A stretch of DNA of 64,000 nucleotides. It comes from an uncultured Planctomycetia bacterium (GTDB taxonomy: Bacteria; Planctomycetota; Planctomycetia; Pirellulales; PALSA-1355). The position numbers and the translations under genes are program-made. Below the pieces are notes generated by a model. It was not told the DNA's origin and did no database searches. It saw only the letters and a list, made by a program, of their open reading frames with translations. The number at the start of each line of letters is the position of its first letter. Positions within the stretch are counted from its first letter, which is position 1. Positions 1 through 9,513 of this stretch are shown here, piece after piece. The DNA lies in assembly GCA_963801675.1 (NCBI GenBank), contig CAWDFN010000001.1:1989811-2053810 (forward strand), read 5' to 3'.

Positions 1-226
1 CATCGCCGGACCGGGCCTATTGGCGCAGACCCTGGTCAGTCACTATCTCGATCATCTACCGTTTCACCGGCAGGAACGGATCTACGGCCGCCATGGCCTG
101 CCGTTCTCTCGGCAAACGACCGATGGCTGGTCGCTGGCGCTAGCCGAAGGCGTGCTGCCCCCGTTGTATCGGCTGATGATCGAGGACGTATTGCAATCCT
201 ACGTGGTCAACACCGATGAGTGTTAG
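1..226 (+). pseudogene. IS66-family transposase fragment (internal piece only)
   Basis: The frame is open to the window start. It reads SHYLDHLPFHRQERIYGRHGLPFSRQTTDGW, the DHLPxxRQ core typical of IS66 TnpC. It stops abruptly (NTDEC*) and lacks both termini. Confidence 0.6.
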
Positions 227-232
227 GCGACG

Positions 233-457
233 GTGATGACCAATCTGTTGACCGTTGACGAAGTGGCGGGGCAGCTCAACGTGAGCAGGTCGAAAATATA
301 CGGCCTGATTGCGCGGGGCGAATTGACCGTTCACCGGCTGCCCGCCATTCGGGTCTCGCAGGAAGACCTATGCGAATTTCTCGCTAGCTGCCGCCGTCCG
401 AAGTCGCCGCGGAACGGGCCAGGGCCGAGAATGATCAAACTCAAGCATCTGCGTTAA
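233..457 (+). CDS. excisionase-type helix-turn-helix DNA-binding protein
   Basis: 74 aa. LLTVDEVAGQLNVSRSKIYGLIARGEL...RVSQEDLCEFL fits the excisionase/MerR-like HTH pattern. Confidence 0.6.
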   Translation: MMTNLLTVDEVAGQLNVSRSKIYGLIARGELTVHRLPAIRVSQEDLCEFLASCRRPKSPRNGPGPRMIKLKHLR

Positions 458-558
458 TGTCGATGCCATCCGTTGGACTTCGAGCGGCCATCGGCTCAGG
501 CAGAGATAGTAAGCCGGTGTACTGCCGGTCGCCTTCTAAATCGAAGTTGGCCACGACC

Positions 559-918
559 CTATTCAAGCCCCAAAGCAGCCTTCAGGCAGCGATTGACGTG
601 CTGCATGGTCGCGGCCGGCAAGCTGCCGATCTTGCGAAAAATTAGTTGCTGTTCAACCGTGAGCAGGTTTTCGCAGGTGATTGCCGACGGATGGAGCACG
701 CCCGCGGCGTTGCCTTCGGCTGTGGCGGGATCGAGAAAATACTGCGTCGGCTCGTGCTGGGCCCGCTGCGTGGTGCGGGTGATCATCGCGACGATCGTAT
801 TGGTGAGCCGCGGATTATTTTTGTCGGTCTGGACGACCACCGCGGGCCGCACTTTGGCTCCGCGGCCGGAGCTGAACGGATAGTTCATGAGAACGACGTC
901 GCCGCGATGCACCGTCAT
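559..918 (-). CDS. MazF/PemK-family type II toxin
   Basis: 119 aa. GDVVLMNYPFSSGRGAKVRPAVVVQ ... CENLLTVEQ...KIGSL is the MazF/PemK pattern. It overlaps the upstream antitoxin ORF by 4 nt. Confidence 0.8.
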   Translation of the reverse strand: MTVHRGDVVLMNYPFSSGRGAKVRPAVVVQTDKNNPRLTNTIVAMITRTTQRAQHEPTQYFLDPATAEGNAAGVLHPSAITCENLLTVEQQLIFRKIGSLPAATMQHVNRCLKAALGLE

Positions 919-1184
919 TGCGTTTTACGGTGAGCGTCGTAGTCGTTGTAGTCATCCATGGCCGGATCATCCCAGCCGGCGGCGCCGGCGACTTGTTCCT
1001 GAATAGGATACGTTTCGCGAATGTCGAACGTATCGTCGCCGATGAGAGCTCGGATTTTCTCGTAAGTGCCGTCTGGCACAAGCACCCATTTTTCCTGCGT
1101 AGCGGCGTCGACGACATACACGGGCTGGCCGGGCTGCCGCTCGTCGATCGCCTGACGCTGTTCACTGGTGAGCTTCGGGGTCAT
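915..1184 (-). CDS. antitoxin partner of MazF-like toxin (Phd/YefM-like N-terminus by pattern)
   Basis: 89 aa, translationally coupled to the toxin. PVYVVD..WVLVPDGTYEKI is an antitoxin-like strand-helix. The C-terminal motif GWDDPAMDDYNDYD is shared with 12310..12561 and 28391..28624. Confidence 0.6.
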   Translation of the reverse strand: MTPKLTSEQRQAIDERQPGQPVYVVDAATQEKWVLVPDGTYEKIRALIGDDTFDIRETYPIQEQVAGAAGWDDPAMDDYNDYDAHRKTQ

Positions 1185-1217
1185 ACCCCTATTTTAGCAC
1201 AGATTAGCCCGGCAAGG

Positions 1218-2299
1218 CTAGGCGAAGGCTGCCGCCAGCTCGCGTTCTACCGAGCCGACGGCTCGGGTGTAGCGGTGCCGGGACGTGCGTCGCGTGACGT
1301 CGGCCGACTGGTCGGCCGCGGTCTTAATCGGTGGCGGCAAGGTGGCCTTGGGGTACTTGGCCTCGTAGGTGGCCACGAACAGGTCGAATGCCTTGTCGGC
1401 CTCCGCTTTGGTCGGCGCCATCCAGATCTCGTGCAGCTTTTCCTTGGCCTCGGGCTGCAATCGCTTGGGCAGCTTGTCGAGCACGTTGGCCGTCTTGTGA
1501 ACCCAGCAGCGCTGCTCGCGCGTGGTCGGGATAGACCTGCGGCAAGGCCTTCCAAAAGCCCAACGCACCGTCGCCGATGGCCAGCTTGGGATCGACCACC
1601 AGGCCGCGCGACTTCACGTCCAACAGCAGCGCCTTCCACGACTGTTCGCTCTCGCGATAGCCGTCGGCCACGGCGATCAGTTCCTTGCGGCCATCCTCCG
1701 TCGCGCCCATCAAAACCAGGATGCATTGCCGATCTTCTTCCAGGCGGATGTTGAAGTGCACGCCGTCGGCCCACAGGTACACGTACTGCTTCCCCTCCAA
1801 GGATCTCTTCGTCCACTCCTGGAATTCGTCCTCCCAGGTGCTCTTGAGTCGCGTGATCGTGGTGGCCGACAGGCCCGCGGCCGCGGACCGACCAGCGCCG
1901 CCAACGCTTCGCTGAAGTCGCCCGTGCTGACGCCCTTGAGGTACAGCCAGGGGATCAACTCCTCCAAGCTCTTCGTCTTGCGCAAATACGGCGGAAGAAT
2001 CTTGGAGGAGAAGGATTCGGCTTCGTCCGTCTGGCCGGCGATCGAGCACGCGCGGCTGTTCGACCTCGATCGGCCCGACGCCCGTGAGAATCGTTCGCTT
2101 GGGCAAGCGGCCATTGCGGACCACCTGGCGGTGGCCAGCTTCATCGCGCAGCTCGCGATGCGACTCGATCCACTCGGCGACTTCCGCTTCGATCGCCTGA
2201 GCCAACATCCGCTGAGCGCCGCTCGCGAAGAATGTCCGTCAACACGTCCTGCGACGTCGGGGCTGGCAAAACCAATCGATCTCGGATAGCTTCATGCAT
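1218..2299 (-). pseudogene. IS256-family (mutator-type) transposase, frameshifted
   Basis: The gene lies in three minus-strand frames. The start is MHEAIRDRLV near 2299. ORF 1324..2208 reads LAQAIEAEVAEWIESHR...ADGVHFNIRLEEDRQCILVLMG. ORF 1218..1568 reads QRCWVHKTANVLDKLPK. There are at least two frameshifts. Confidence 0.85.
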
Positions 2300-2439
2300 G
2301 GTGGCGTACTCCTGGGGAAAATGGGTCTTTGAACAACCAAATTCAAACCCAAGTACGCCGCCCTTTTCAACTCACCTCATCCACAACTTTCGGTTATATC
2401 TCCGATGGAAGTGGTCGATACGTGCGGCACTTGGGAAAA

Positions 2440-2664
2440 ATGAACGCTTGGAACAAAGATCGCGGCTTTGGATTTATTCGACAGGATGTGAATGGGCCTG
2501 ACGCGTTCGCGCATATCAGTGAGATCGCGGGAGCTGTTGGTGACATCGTGATTCCCGATGGGACCCGTGTCGAATATGACATCGCGGACAGCGGTGATCC
2601 CGACAAGCCAAAAGCTGTCAACATCGTCACGCTGGATTGGTCGCCCAAGCCGTTGGCTACCTAG
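2440..2664 (+). CDS. cold-shock domain (CspA-like) protein
   Basis: The internal Met of ORF 2329..2664 gives MNAWNKDRGFGFIRQDVNGPDAFAHISEI, the RNP-1/RNP-2-like CSD motifs. Confidence 0.75.
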   Translation: MNAWNKDRGFGFIRQDVNGPDAFAHISEIAGAVGDIVIPDGTRVEYDIADSGDPDKPKAVNIVTLDWSPKPLAT

Positions 2665-2800
2665 GTCAACTCGGCCCCTTTTAGTGGCTGAGCTGGATCG
2701 GCAACTCCTTGACCGCTTCCAGTGCCTTCTTCACGCGATCGTAGATTGGATCGTTCTCTGGGAAGTGCCTCTGGTGAATTCGACCCTCCAGCCGGCCATG

Positions 2801-3757
2801 TCACACGGTCGGGACTTGGTGTAATTCAGCCGGCGATAACAAAGCGGCGGCCTTCATTTCGGGAAGGAGTGAATGACGACCACCGCGGTGGTCGAGAAAT
2901 CGCGGCGACGTGACGGGGTACAGCGTCGTCAGATAATCTGTCAGTGTGATGCCGTAGAACAGCGTGCGATTCGGGTCGCTGATGACGCGGGCCGCAGTCT
3001 CTAAAATGTGCAACATGCGATCGCGGGAGTTTTGAAGGCAGACGAACAGCACGCGAAAGCGGGCTCCTGGCTTGGCGGATTGGAAGGCATCATAGGTGCG
3101 AAGTTTTCGCTCGATGCTCTCGGTATCCTTGTCAGACCGCACGCGTTCGCTGCCGGTGTCGATTTCCGCAAAGTAGCGAAACGTCTCGGCTTTATTTGTC
3201 AGGAGAAACGAGCAATCCGGATAGACTGTCTGACCGCCGGCATCGAGGCGGATCGTATTCTCCCGGCGGAAGCCGGTAAGCTCGGCTCCGGAACGATGGG
3301 CCGCCACTGCCGTGTGCACGATGAAGTCGCTGAGTGCTTGCTGGTGGCACTGCCGAACAAGGGCGATGGGCAAACCATGTCCTTTCGGCGGCTTGCTGTC
3401 GGGCCCATGCACTAGTTGATAGCCGCGGCGTGTGAGCACGTAATAGTTCTCCGGCTTCACGGAGCGAATCACCGCGTAATAATATGGTTTGACGAGCTTC
3501 GCTTCCGTCATCCGCTGCATCCGCTGCCGAACCATGCGATTGGACGGGAACGACTCAGCCCAGGTGCCGCTCAGTTTCTCCAACTGTCGACCAGTGAGCG
3601 GAGCATAGTCGAGAGCTGCGAGCAGCTTTAGGTCTCGGGGTGTGATCTGCCAGCCACGAACGGAGCTTGCCATACGGTTAGGCTGAGCGTAATGTGCCGA
3701 ACCTTTATTCGCTACCAAACTCCCTTGCATGCCCGAGCGAAAATCATCCTTCATCAA
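2801..3757 (-). CDS. replication-relaxation family protein (plasmid/ICE-type)
   Basis: 318 aa. ITPRDLKLLAALDYAPLTGRQLEKL...RMVRQRMQRMTEAKLVK...YYVLTRRGYQLV matches the Replic_Relax winged-helix pattern. The true start may be the internal Met at 3673. Confidence 0.6.
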   Translation of the reverse strand: MMKDDFRSGMQGSLVANKGSAHYAQPNRMASSVRGWQITPRDLKLLAALDYAPLTGRQLEKLSGTWAESFPSNRMVRQRMQRMTEAKLVKPYYYAVIRSVKPENYYVLTRRGYQLVHGPDSKPPKGHGLPIALVRQCHQQALSDFIVHTAVAAHRSGAELTGFRRENTIRLDAGGQTVYPDCSFLLTNKAETFRYFAEIDTGSERVRSDKDTESIERKLRTYDAFQSAKPGARFRVLFVCLQNSRDRMLHILETAARVISDPNRTLFYGITLTDYLTTLYPVTSPRFLDHRGGRHSLLPEMKAAALLSPAELHQVPTV

Positions 3758-4322
3758 AGTCGATGAGCTGCTGCCCGAGGTGAGCCTCGAACAGGCGGCG
3801 GCGTTCTACGGCGTATCGCTGCCGGAAATGCGTCAGGTCGGCGACGAAGTGCGAATGCGTTGCTTTCTTGCGTGCGGCCGGAGCGAAGAGACCGGCGATC
3901 GGGCGATTGCCGTGCAAGTCGATAATCCGGTGAAGCCGTGGAAGTGCCACGTCTACCAATGTCAAAAGGGCGGCAATCTGGTCGGGCTCTGCGATCTTAT
4001 GGCTCCCGGCACCAACGCCGGTGGGAAGCCCCGGGGCGAGCGATTCAAACAGATTGCGGCCGACCTGATGGCCATCACTCGCGGCGAACAGCTCTCCCCT
4101 GCTGATCGAACGACTGCGGCGGCGGCAGTCGGCAAGCGTGATGTGATCCTTTCCGAATTTCGGACGGACTGCGGGCTGGGGTGCCGCTGGCGGAAGATTG
4201 TCAGTCAAGAACAGCAAAGGCAAAGAAACAAAGAACACACACAGCGACGGCAGTCGCCGGTTTGTGTGGTAACGTTTACGGAAAACAACTGTTTACGTTT
4301 CCTTATAGAGAGATTCGCGTAA
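3729..4322 (+). CDS. hypothetical protein with Cys/His-rich N-terminal segment (possible CHC2-like zinc finger)
   Basis: 197 aa, divergent from 2801..3757. RCFLACGRSEE...WKCHVYQCQKGGNLVGL resembles primase-type zinc-finger spacing. The family is not recognised. Confidence 0.35.
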   Translation: MPERKSSFIKVDELLPEVSLEQAAAFYGVSLPEMRQVGDEVRMRCFLACGRSEETGDRAIAVQVDNPVKPWKCHVYQCQKGGNLVGLCDLMAPGTNAGGKPRGERFKQIAADLMAITRGEQLSPADRTTAAAAVGKRDVILSEFRTDCGLGCRWRKIVSQEQQRQRNKEHTQRRQSPVCVVTFTENNCLRFLIERFA

Positions 4323-4416
4323 GGGATCAGTTTTAAGATCGCGTAGCGGATCAGTTTCTTTGGGGTCGAAATTCGCGTAAGGGATCGGTTTTCATACTGA
4401 CCTCTTACGCGAAAAT
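4312..4416. repeat. iteron-like array: three direct copies plus one inverted partial copy of ATTCGCGTAAGGGATCrGTTTT
   Basis: Direct copies sit near 4312-4334, 4338-4358 (degenerate: ATCGCGTAGCGGATCAGTTTC) and 4371-4392. An inverted CCTCTTACGCGAAAAT sits at 4401-4416. The array lies between two convergent ORFs. Confidence 0.55.
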
Positions 4417-4482
4417 GCCGAAGGCCAAACCTCCCTCTTTCGGCCGCCAGGATGCTGAATGAATCTTGATGAGCGAGCACGT

Positions 4483-5307
4483 TCAACGGGTGAAGAGGCG
4501 GGACCAGAGGCTTTGGGATTTCGGTGTCGGAGACGCGTCGTTTTTCTGCGATGGCTTCTTGGCGATGGTGGGCTTTTTGGTGGCTTGTTTCTGACGCGAC
4601 TGATTTTGCTCTTGTCGCCGGCTTTTTATAGCCCGACTCCCCTTCTCCGGCATCGTCGGAGCCGGAGTGGGTTTTGATTTCGCGACAACCGCTTCCTCGG
4701 CACGTTGCACCGGGCGGGATTCATCCGTTCGCCCCTCCATGATTTGCGTCGGCGGTGTTTGCGTCGGCGGAGGCAATCGCCGTTGAAGGTCAGCCATTAG
4801 TGTGTGCAAATCTCGGATCAAGGCGTTGGTTTCCTTTTCACGCTCGACGCGGTCGGCCATTTGCTGGTTCTTGATCTTCATTTCATCGCGTAAGTCCTGT
4901 TTGTCAGCTTCAAGTCCTCGGATTCGTTCCCGCAGAACGTGCACCAAGTCGGGACGCGTAGCTGCGTCAATCCCCTCCTCCGCGTCGCCGTTGAATACAA
5001 CTGACGGCCTTTGATCACGACGCTGCCCGCGACCACGACCGCCGTATGTTTTTTCCAGCCACGAAGTACGTAGATACCACACCGGGTTCTTGCCTTCGAT
5101 GCGGAGCTGGTCGAGAAGCTCCGGCGTGATACCGATCCCCTGCCGAATTTCGCCGTCCTCGGTGCGTAGCCGACAGTGATCCAGCACCTTCGAGTCCTGT
5201 ATTTTCATCGCGTCGGCCAGGTCACGCGTGAGCTGCCGATGGGATCGCTGGAAAAGTTCTGCGGTTTCCTTCTTCGTGATGAAACCTGGAATGGGGGTCG
5301 GGGGCAT
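4483..5307 (-). CDS. hypothetical protein with central coiled-coil and basic low-complexity tail
   Basis: 274-aa ORF with a heptad-like RERIRGLEADKQDLRDEMKIKNQQMADRVEREKE segment. No family recognised. Confidence 0.45.
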   Translation of the reverse strand: MPPTPIPGFITKKETAELFQRSHRQLTRDLADAMKIQDSKVLDHCRLRTEDGEIRQGIGITPELLDQLRIEGKNPVWYLRTSWLEKTYGGRGRGQRRDQRPSVVFNGDAEEGIDAATRPDLVHVLRERIRGLEADKQDLRDEMKIKNQQMADRVEREKETNALIRDLHTLMADLQRRLPPPTQTPPTQIMEGRTDESRPVQRAEEAVVAKSKPTPAPTMPEKGSRAIKSRRQEQNQSRQKQATKKPTIAKKPSQKNDASPTPKSQSLWSRLFTR

Positions 5308-5385
5308 ACGTCAGGACGGTGACAAGGAATTGGTGGCTTAAGCCTAAACCTGGTCTTGAGTCGCCGTCAACGATTTGGCGTACCC

Positions 5386-5695
5386 CGACGTCGTACGTCA
5401 TATCGAGTTTGCCATATGGTGACGTGCGTCACAGATTTTTCAGCTTGAAAACTGGCGGCGAGCTGATTCCCGCGCGAATGGCGTAAGACAATTTGCAGGC
5501 GTCTTAAGGCATGACGTACGACTGACGTACGGCATGACGCACGGGTAGGCCATCGAAGCAGGGGAGTGACTCTGTCGTACCGCCATGTTTTTAGTTGGCG
5601 TGTCGACGCTTGGGAAGGCAGGCTAAAGTAAGCGGAGGCTGGCGCGATTCGCAACGGAAGCGGAGTGGGGGAGTCGTACGCCACTGGCGTACGAC
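5386..5695. promoter_or_regulatory. cluster of CGTACG/GACGTACG-containing palindromes and tandem repeats upstream of 4483..5307
   Basis: CGACGTCGTACGTC lies at 5386-5399. GTGACG-TG-CGTCAC lies at 5419-5432. Three tandem (A/C)TGACG(T/C)ACG units lie at 5511-5543. A perfect 10-bp inverted repeat GTCGTACGCC-ACT-GGCGTACGAC lies at 5673-5695. Confidence 0.45.
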
Positions 5696-6019
5696 ACTGT
5701 GCATCGTTGACACACTCTCGGGATGAAATTGCTTGCGTCTGGTTTAAGACTTTCCTTGGGCCATCGCAAGACCTAGTCGGAAAGTCAGGCGGTGGCGCGG
5801 GACGACGCCTGGCGCGGTAGATTTAATTCTGCGACTTCCATTTGGCTGATGCCGCCTAACTGAGTGAGGCGAACTCTGAATTGCCGGACGAATCGTGGTC
5901 CTGAACCAGTCTATATGATCAATGGCAGATCCATCTGTGCAACTCGGTTAGTCCTCCTCGACCGATGCACATCATATCACAGCAACCCGCGATGTCAGGT
6001 GTCGAAGCGATGGCATGTG

Positions 6020-7015
6020 CTAACTAGTGGCGTTGCGGCAAAGCTCGGTCAACCGCATGGCAAGAGTCTCATCCGCGATTAGCACGTTCGTCACTTGTGC
6101 GTGCAAAGCTGCCAACACTGCTTCCGCCTTATCTTGACCACCAGCAACGAGCAGTGAAATGCATTTTTCGCTATTGGCCAAGCTTTTCATTTGAGCGAAA
6201 GACAATGATCTTTGCATGCGGCTGGATATTTCTGGAAGTGCGACGTGCCTGCCCTTGTGATCAACGGCGCAATAACCAACTGCCGCACGAATTTGGGGAT
6301 AACGTCTTAGTAGGGTCTGCGGACTCAAACCAATATGCTTTACGAATTCCAGAGCGGTGTAGCCGGTTTTCCACGGTCCGACTCCTAACGCCACAACGGA
6401 TGCATTCTTTGCGGCGGTTTGCACCTGGTGCAACTGGTCTCGCAGCGGTCGTGTGCGATAGTAGGGCAACTTTAAAGGGCGCACTGACCGGCACCTCGTC
6501 GCCAAGCGGATTGTATTCTCGTAGGCAGATACTGGATAGCTAGGTGGGTCGGCGGCAAGTGGAATGGCTGTCGTGATCCGCAGCTGGCTGATATCTAGCG
6601 ATTCCACTAGCTCAGCGATCGTATTTCCGGCGTCTAGGACGAACGTCGCCGAATCGATACTTGCTGACTCCACATAGCGCGCAGCAGCATCGCCCACATT
6701 TCCAAGACAGACAACTACATCGCGGATTCTCGATGCGCGAAGGAGCAGCTTTAACTCGCTCTCGATGGCGACGCACCGCGGGGGCACAACCACCGTTCTC
6801 ACTAGCCCCAGGCGCTCGGCGTCTTGTTTGAGCCGTGTGACGGAAGCAGGGGTCAGTCCCAAAGTGGCCGCCACCTGGGAGCCTGAGAGAGATTGGTTAT
6901 AGAGAAGGTGGCAGACTTCGAGGGCTTGGCGCAACTTGCTTCTAGGATATTCGCCGAGGGCTCCGTCATTCGCTTGGTTTGGGCCCATCAGGCGATTAGC
7001 CCCCAGAAAACTCAA
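6020..7015 (-). CDS. SorC/CggR-family transcriptional regulator (HTH + sugar-phosphate-binding domain)
   Basis: 331 aa with an N-terminal HTH (GSQVAATLGLTPASVTRL). The C-terminal signature ISLLVAGGQDKAEAVLAALHAQVTNVLIADE and the segments VALGVGPW and AVGYCAVDHKGRHV resemble CggR/SorC. Confidence 0.7.
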   Translation of the reverse strand: MSFLGANRLMGPNQANDGALGEYPRSKLRQALEVCHLLYNQSLSGSQVAATLGLTPASVTRLKQDAERLGLVRTVVVPPRCVAIESELKLLLRASRIRDVVVCLGNVGDAAARYVESASIDSATFVLDAGNTIAELVESLDISQLRITTAIPLAADPPSYPVSAYENTIRLATRCRSVRPLKLPYYRTRPLRDQLHQVQTAAKNASVVALGVGPWKTGYTALEFVKHIGLSPQTLLRRYPQIRAAVGYCAVDHKGRHVALPEISSRMQRSLSFAQMKSLANSEKCISLLVAGGQDKAEAVLAALHAQVTNVLIADETLAMRLTELCRNATS

Positions 7016-7088
7016 CTCGCTCCGCTAACCAATAGGATTATCACGAAAACAACGCCAAGTCTGCCCACGGCGCCGGCGCACAAATCAA

Positions 7089-7397
7089 TCACCGGATGGA
7101 TTCTACTTCGAAATCTTCAATTACTTCAACTGCGTCCTTGCAAGTATCGAGGATCTGTTTCCGCAAACGAATTGCATCGGCAGCAGGGCACTCGACGAGC
7201 AAAGCGTTCAAGTTGACCAATGGTTCGATACCAATAGAAAAGTCCAGTGTCCGGCGCAATTCGCGGATGCACTCCTCCACCCGTCGCGCGGACGCTTCAG
7301 TCACGGCTTGGATGGCTTCACGCGACGGGCGCCTCATACGATTCGATTCAATCGCAAGGGCCTCTGGATTCGAACGGAGTCGGACAATGAGTGTCAT
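7089..7397 (-). CDS. hypothetical small helical protein
   Basis: 102-aa ORF between the S8 peptidase and the SorC-like gene, on the same strand. No family recognised. Confidence 0.35.
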   Translation of the reverse strand: MTLIVRLRSNPEALAIESNRMRRPSREAIQAVTEASARRVEECIRELRRTLDFSIGIEPLVNLNALLVECPAADAIRLRKQILDTCKDAVEVIEDFEVESIR

Positions 7398-7703
7398 AGT
7401 TCAAACCAATGAAAGAATTTTCACCCCACCTGCAATAATTTTACACCGGCCCAGCGGGCCGGGCAACAGGCTTCCCGGGTGCTCGCACTGCAGGCGAATC
7501 CCACTTCTTCCTCGGCTAATCATGCCGCATGGCCTTAAAAAGTTGCCGCTTGCCCCTACATTCTACCAGCGTAAGAACTTTGAACTTGCAACGCGTCCGC
7601 GCGAAAAGAAAAATAGGGCAACTGCGTGCTCCGGGCCACTGACAATTCGAATCGGCGTTCGGACGAACCGGCCCGAAAACGTAAATACCTGCGTTGGCCG
7701 CGA

Positions 7704-9122
7704 TTATAGGTGCAAGTCGAGATAATCCAATGCCCTATGAAAATTCGGTATCCCGTTGCCCCACAGCTCTGGCTTTCCCCCAGCGCCATGCGCGGTGCGG
7801 ATCAATGATTGCCTCAGCGCAAAGGGGGAGGCTTCCGGACGAGCCCTGCTCAATAAACCGCACAACGCACTGAGATGCGCTGCTGCGCATGAAGAGCCGG
7901 TACACCAAGCGTAGCTTAATCCGTCGGTTTCTGGATGCAACGGAGGCACGCAAGAATAGACGGAACAGCCCGGAAGGACCAGATCGGGATCTTTGCCTGA
8001 ACCATCCCAGACCTCCCCATTTACGGCAATTGCACCGCAACTCAGGACATCCGGGAAGGCGGCCGGATACATCGATTCGCCAGGCCGATTACCGATAGCA
8101 GCCACCAGTGTAACACGCTGGAAGTTCGCGTTGCGCAATAATTCGCCAAGAGCTGAAACGCTCTGAGACCAGCGGCGGACACCGACTGACATATTAATGA
8201 CGTCAACAGCGCGATACTGATCGCACAACCAGTCCAACCCCACGAGTAGGCTGCTAACGAGACCACGTTCTCCATCAATAACCGAGACCACCTTTAGCTT
8301 GGCCTGCGGGGCGCCACCAATTGCTGGTCCGCTCTCGCGGCCTCCAACGATAATTCCAGCCATTGCGGTCCCGTGGCCGGCGGGATCAAACGAATGAGCC
8401 GGTTGGAGAGTGCCTCCCGGCTGCACTTTGGCAAAGTCCAAGATTTTGCCGTTGAGCTCAGGATGCATGTCATAGACACCAGTATCCGCTATGCCAATCA
8501 AAGCCCCATTGCCATTATGGCCATCGGTTTGAACGGTTGGCAGCCCAAGCCGATGCCAACCCCACGTAAACCCGTCTCGGTGTTCAAACGGCTCGCCACT
8601 GGTCGCGAGTGATTCGAGTTGCTCGTGGGGCGTCGTCGCGACACGCGGCCGAATGGGTGAAATTGTAAAATCCCGCGCTATTGCCAAGACCTCCGGGAAC
8701 TCAAATAGCCGTTCGACGAGTTCGCTCGTGCCTGGACAGATCAGACAGTTGAAAAAGGGCAATGACTTTACTTGGCTAGGTGACATAACACCGCACAGCC
8801 CGCGACGATGCAGAACATCTCGGACCCAAGGGTCATTGTGCAACCATCCGCGCACACGGTCTTGCGCGGCCGATGCGTGGGTCCGCGCGATTCGGGCTCG
8901 TCGTTCACGGTTGTCCTGAGTACGCGGTGACTCAACGAGAAATTCCAGCTGTTCGTTCGAAAGCTGCTGCGTGAAAAGAACGATGATTGTACTCACACCC
9001 GATGACCGATCTGCTTCCCAGTCCGCTAACGCCTTCGCGGTCTCCCGTGTAATTTGATCGCCTTGTGCGTCGCGATGAATCCGAGGTTCACAAACTTCCG
9101 CAAATAGGGGCGCTGTCGCCAT
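7704..9122 (-). CDS. S8 (subtilisin-like) serine peptidase with long N-terminal pro-domain-like region and no signal peptide
   Basis: 472 aa. The catalytic triad contexts are IGIADTGV (Asp), HGTAMAGII (His) and GSSCAAAHLSA (Ser). The N-terminal ~200 aa has an I9-inhibitor-like pattern (VSTIIVLF..LSNEQLEFL...TSELVERLFEFPEVLAIARDF). Confidence 0.85.
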   Translation of the reverse strand: MATAPLFAEVCEPRIHRDAQGDQITRETAKALADWEADRSSGVSTIIVLFTQQLSNEQLEFLVESPRTQDNRERRARIARTHASAAQDRVRGWLHNDPWVRDVLHRRGLCGVMSPSQVKSLPFFNCLICPGTSELVERLFEFPEVLAIARDFTISPIRPRVATTPHEQLESLATSGEPFEHRDGFTWGWHRLGLPTVQTDGHNGNGALIGIADTGVYDMHPELNGKILDFAKVQPGGTLQPAHSFDPAGHGTAMAGIIVGGRESGPAIGGAPQAKLKVVSVIDGERGLVSSLLVGLDWLCDQYRAVDVINMSVGVRRWSQSVSALGELLRNANFQRVTLVAAIGNRPGESMYPAAFPDVLSCGAIAVNGEVWDGSGKDPDLVLPGCSVYSCVPPLHPETDGLSYAWCTGSSCAAAHLSALCGLLSRARPEASPFALRQSLIRTAHGAGGKPELWGNGIPNFHRALDYLDLHL

Positions 9123-9186
9123 TCCATTCCTCCTGTAACGGCTAATTACTGTCCGACTGAGGTAAACACTAAACGTGCCTCATCAT

Positions 9187-9513
9187 TTATCCTGACCTTG
9201 GCTTTTTCTCATCGAGAACCTTCTCGGGAATTCGTTCAATTTCGCCGAGTGTAATGACCTCTCTCTCTTTGTCTCCCGAGCGAGAGCGGTCGACGGTGCC
9301 CGGGCTGCGCGCGAGGAAAATCAAAATCACAGCCCCGGCCGCAGCGAACGCCAAGCCGGGACCTTGACCGTTGATCACGAATCGCTGGAACGAAAACTCA
9401 AACTGTCCGTCGTTCACGCCACTGCGATACAACACAAAACCCAAACAAATACAAAGAATGCCTCCGGCCGCGATGAGGACACGGTCGACAAAACGAATCC
9501 AGAGCACATTCAT
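9187..9513 (-). CDS. small membrane protein (two predicted TM helices)
   Basis: 108 aa. Hydrophobic stretches are VLIAAGGILCICLGFVLY and GLAFAAAGAVILIFLA. It lies 64 nt upstream of the S8 peptidase on the same strand. Confidence 0.5.
   Translation of the reverse strand: MNVLWIRFVDRVLIAAGGILCICLGFVLYRSGVNDGQFEFSFQRFVINGQGPGLAFAAAGAVILIFLARSPGTVDRSRSGDKEREVITLGEIERIPEKVLDEKKPRSG

Noticed and set aside
5367-5684. A 105-aa minus-strand ORF in the 5.3-5.7 kb intergenic region.
   Set aside because: It coincides with the dense palindrome/tandem-repeat array. Its sequence is low-complexity and lacks an obvious ribosome-binding site, so the region is more plausibly regulatory DNA.
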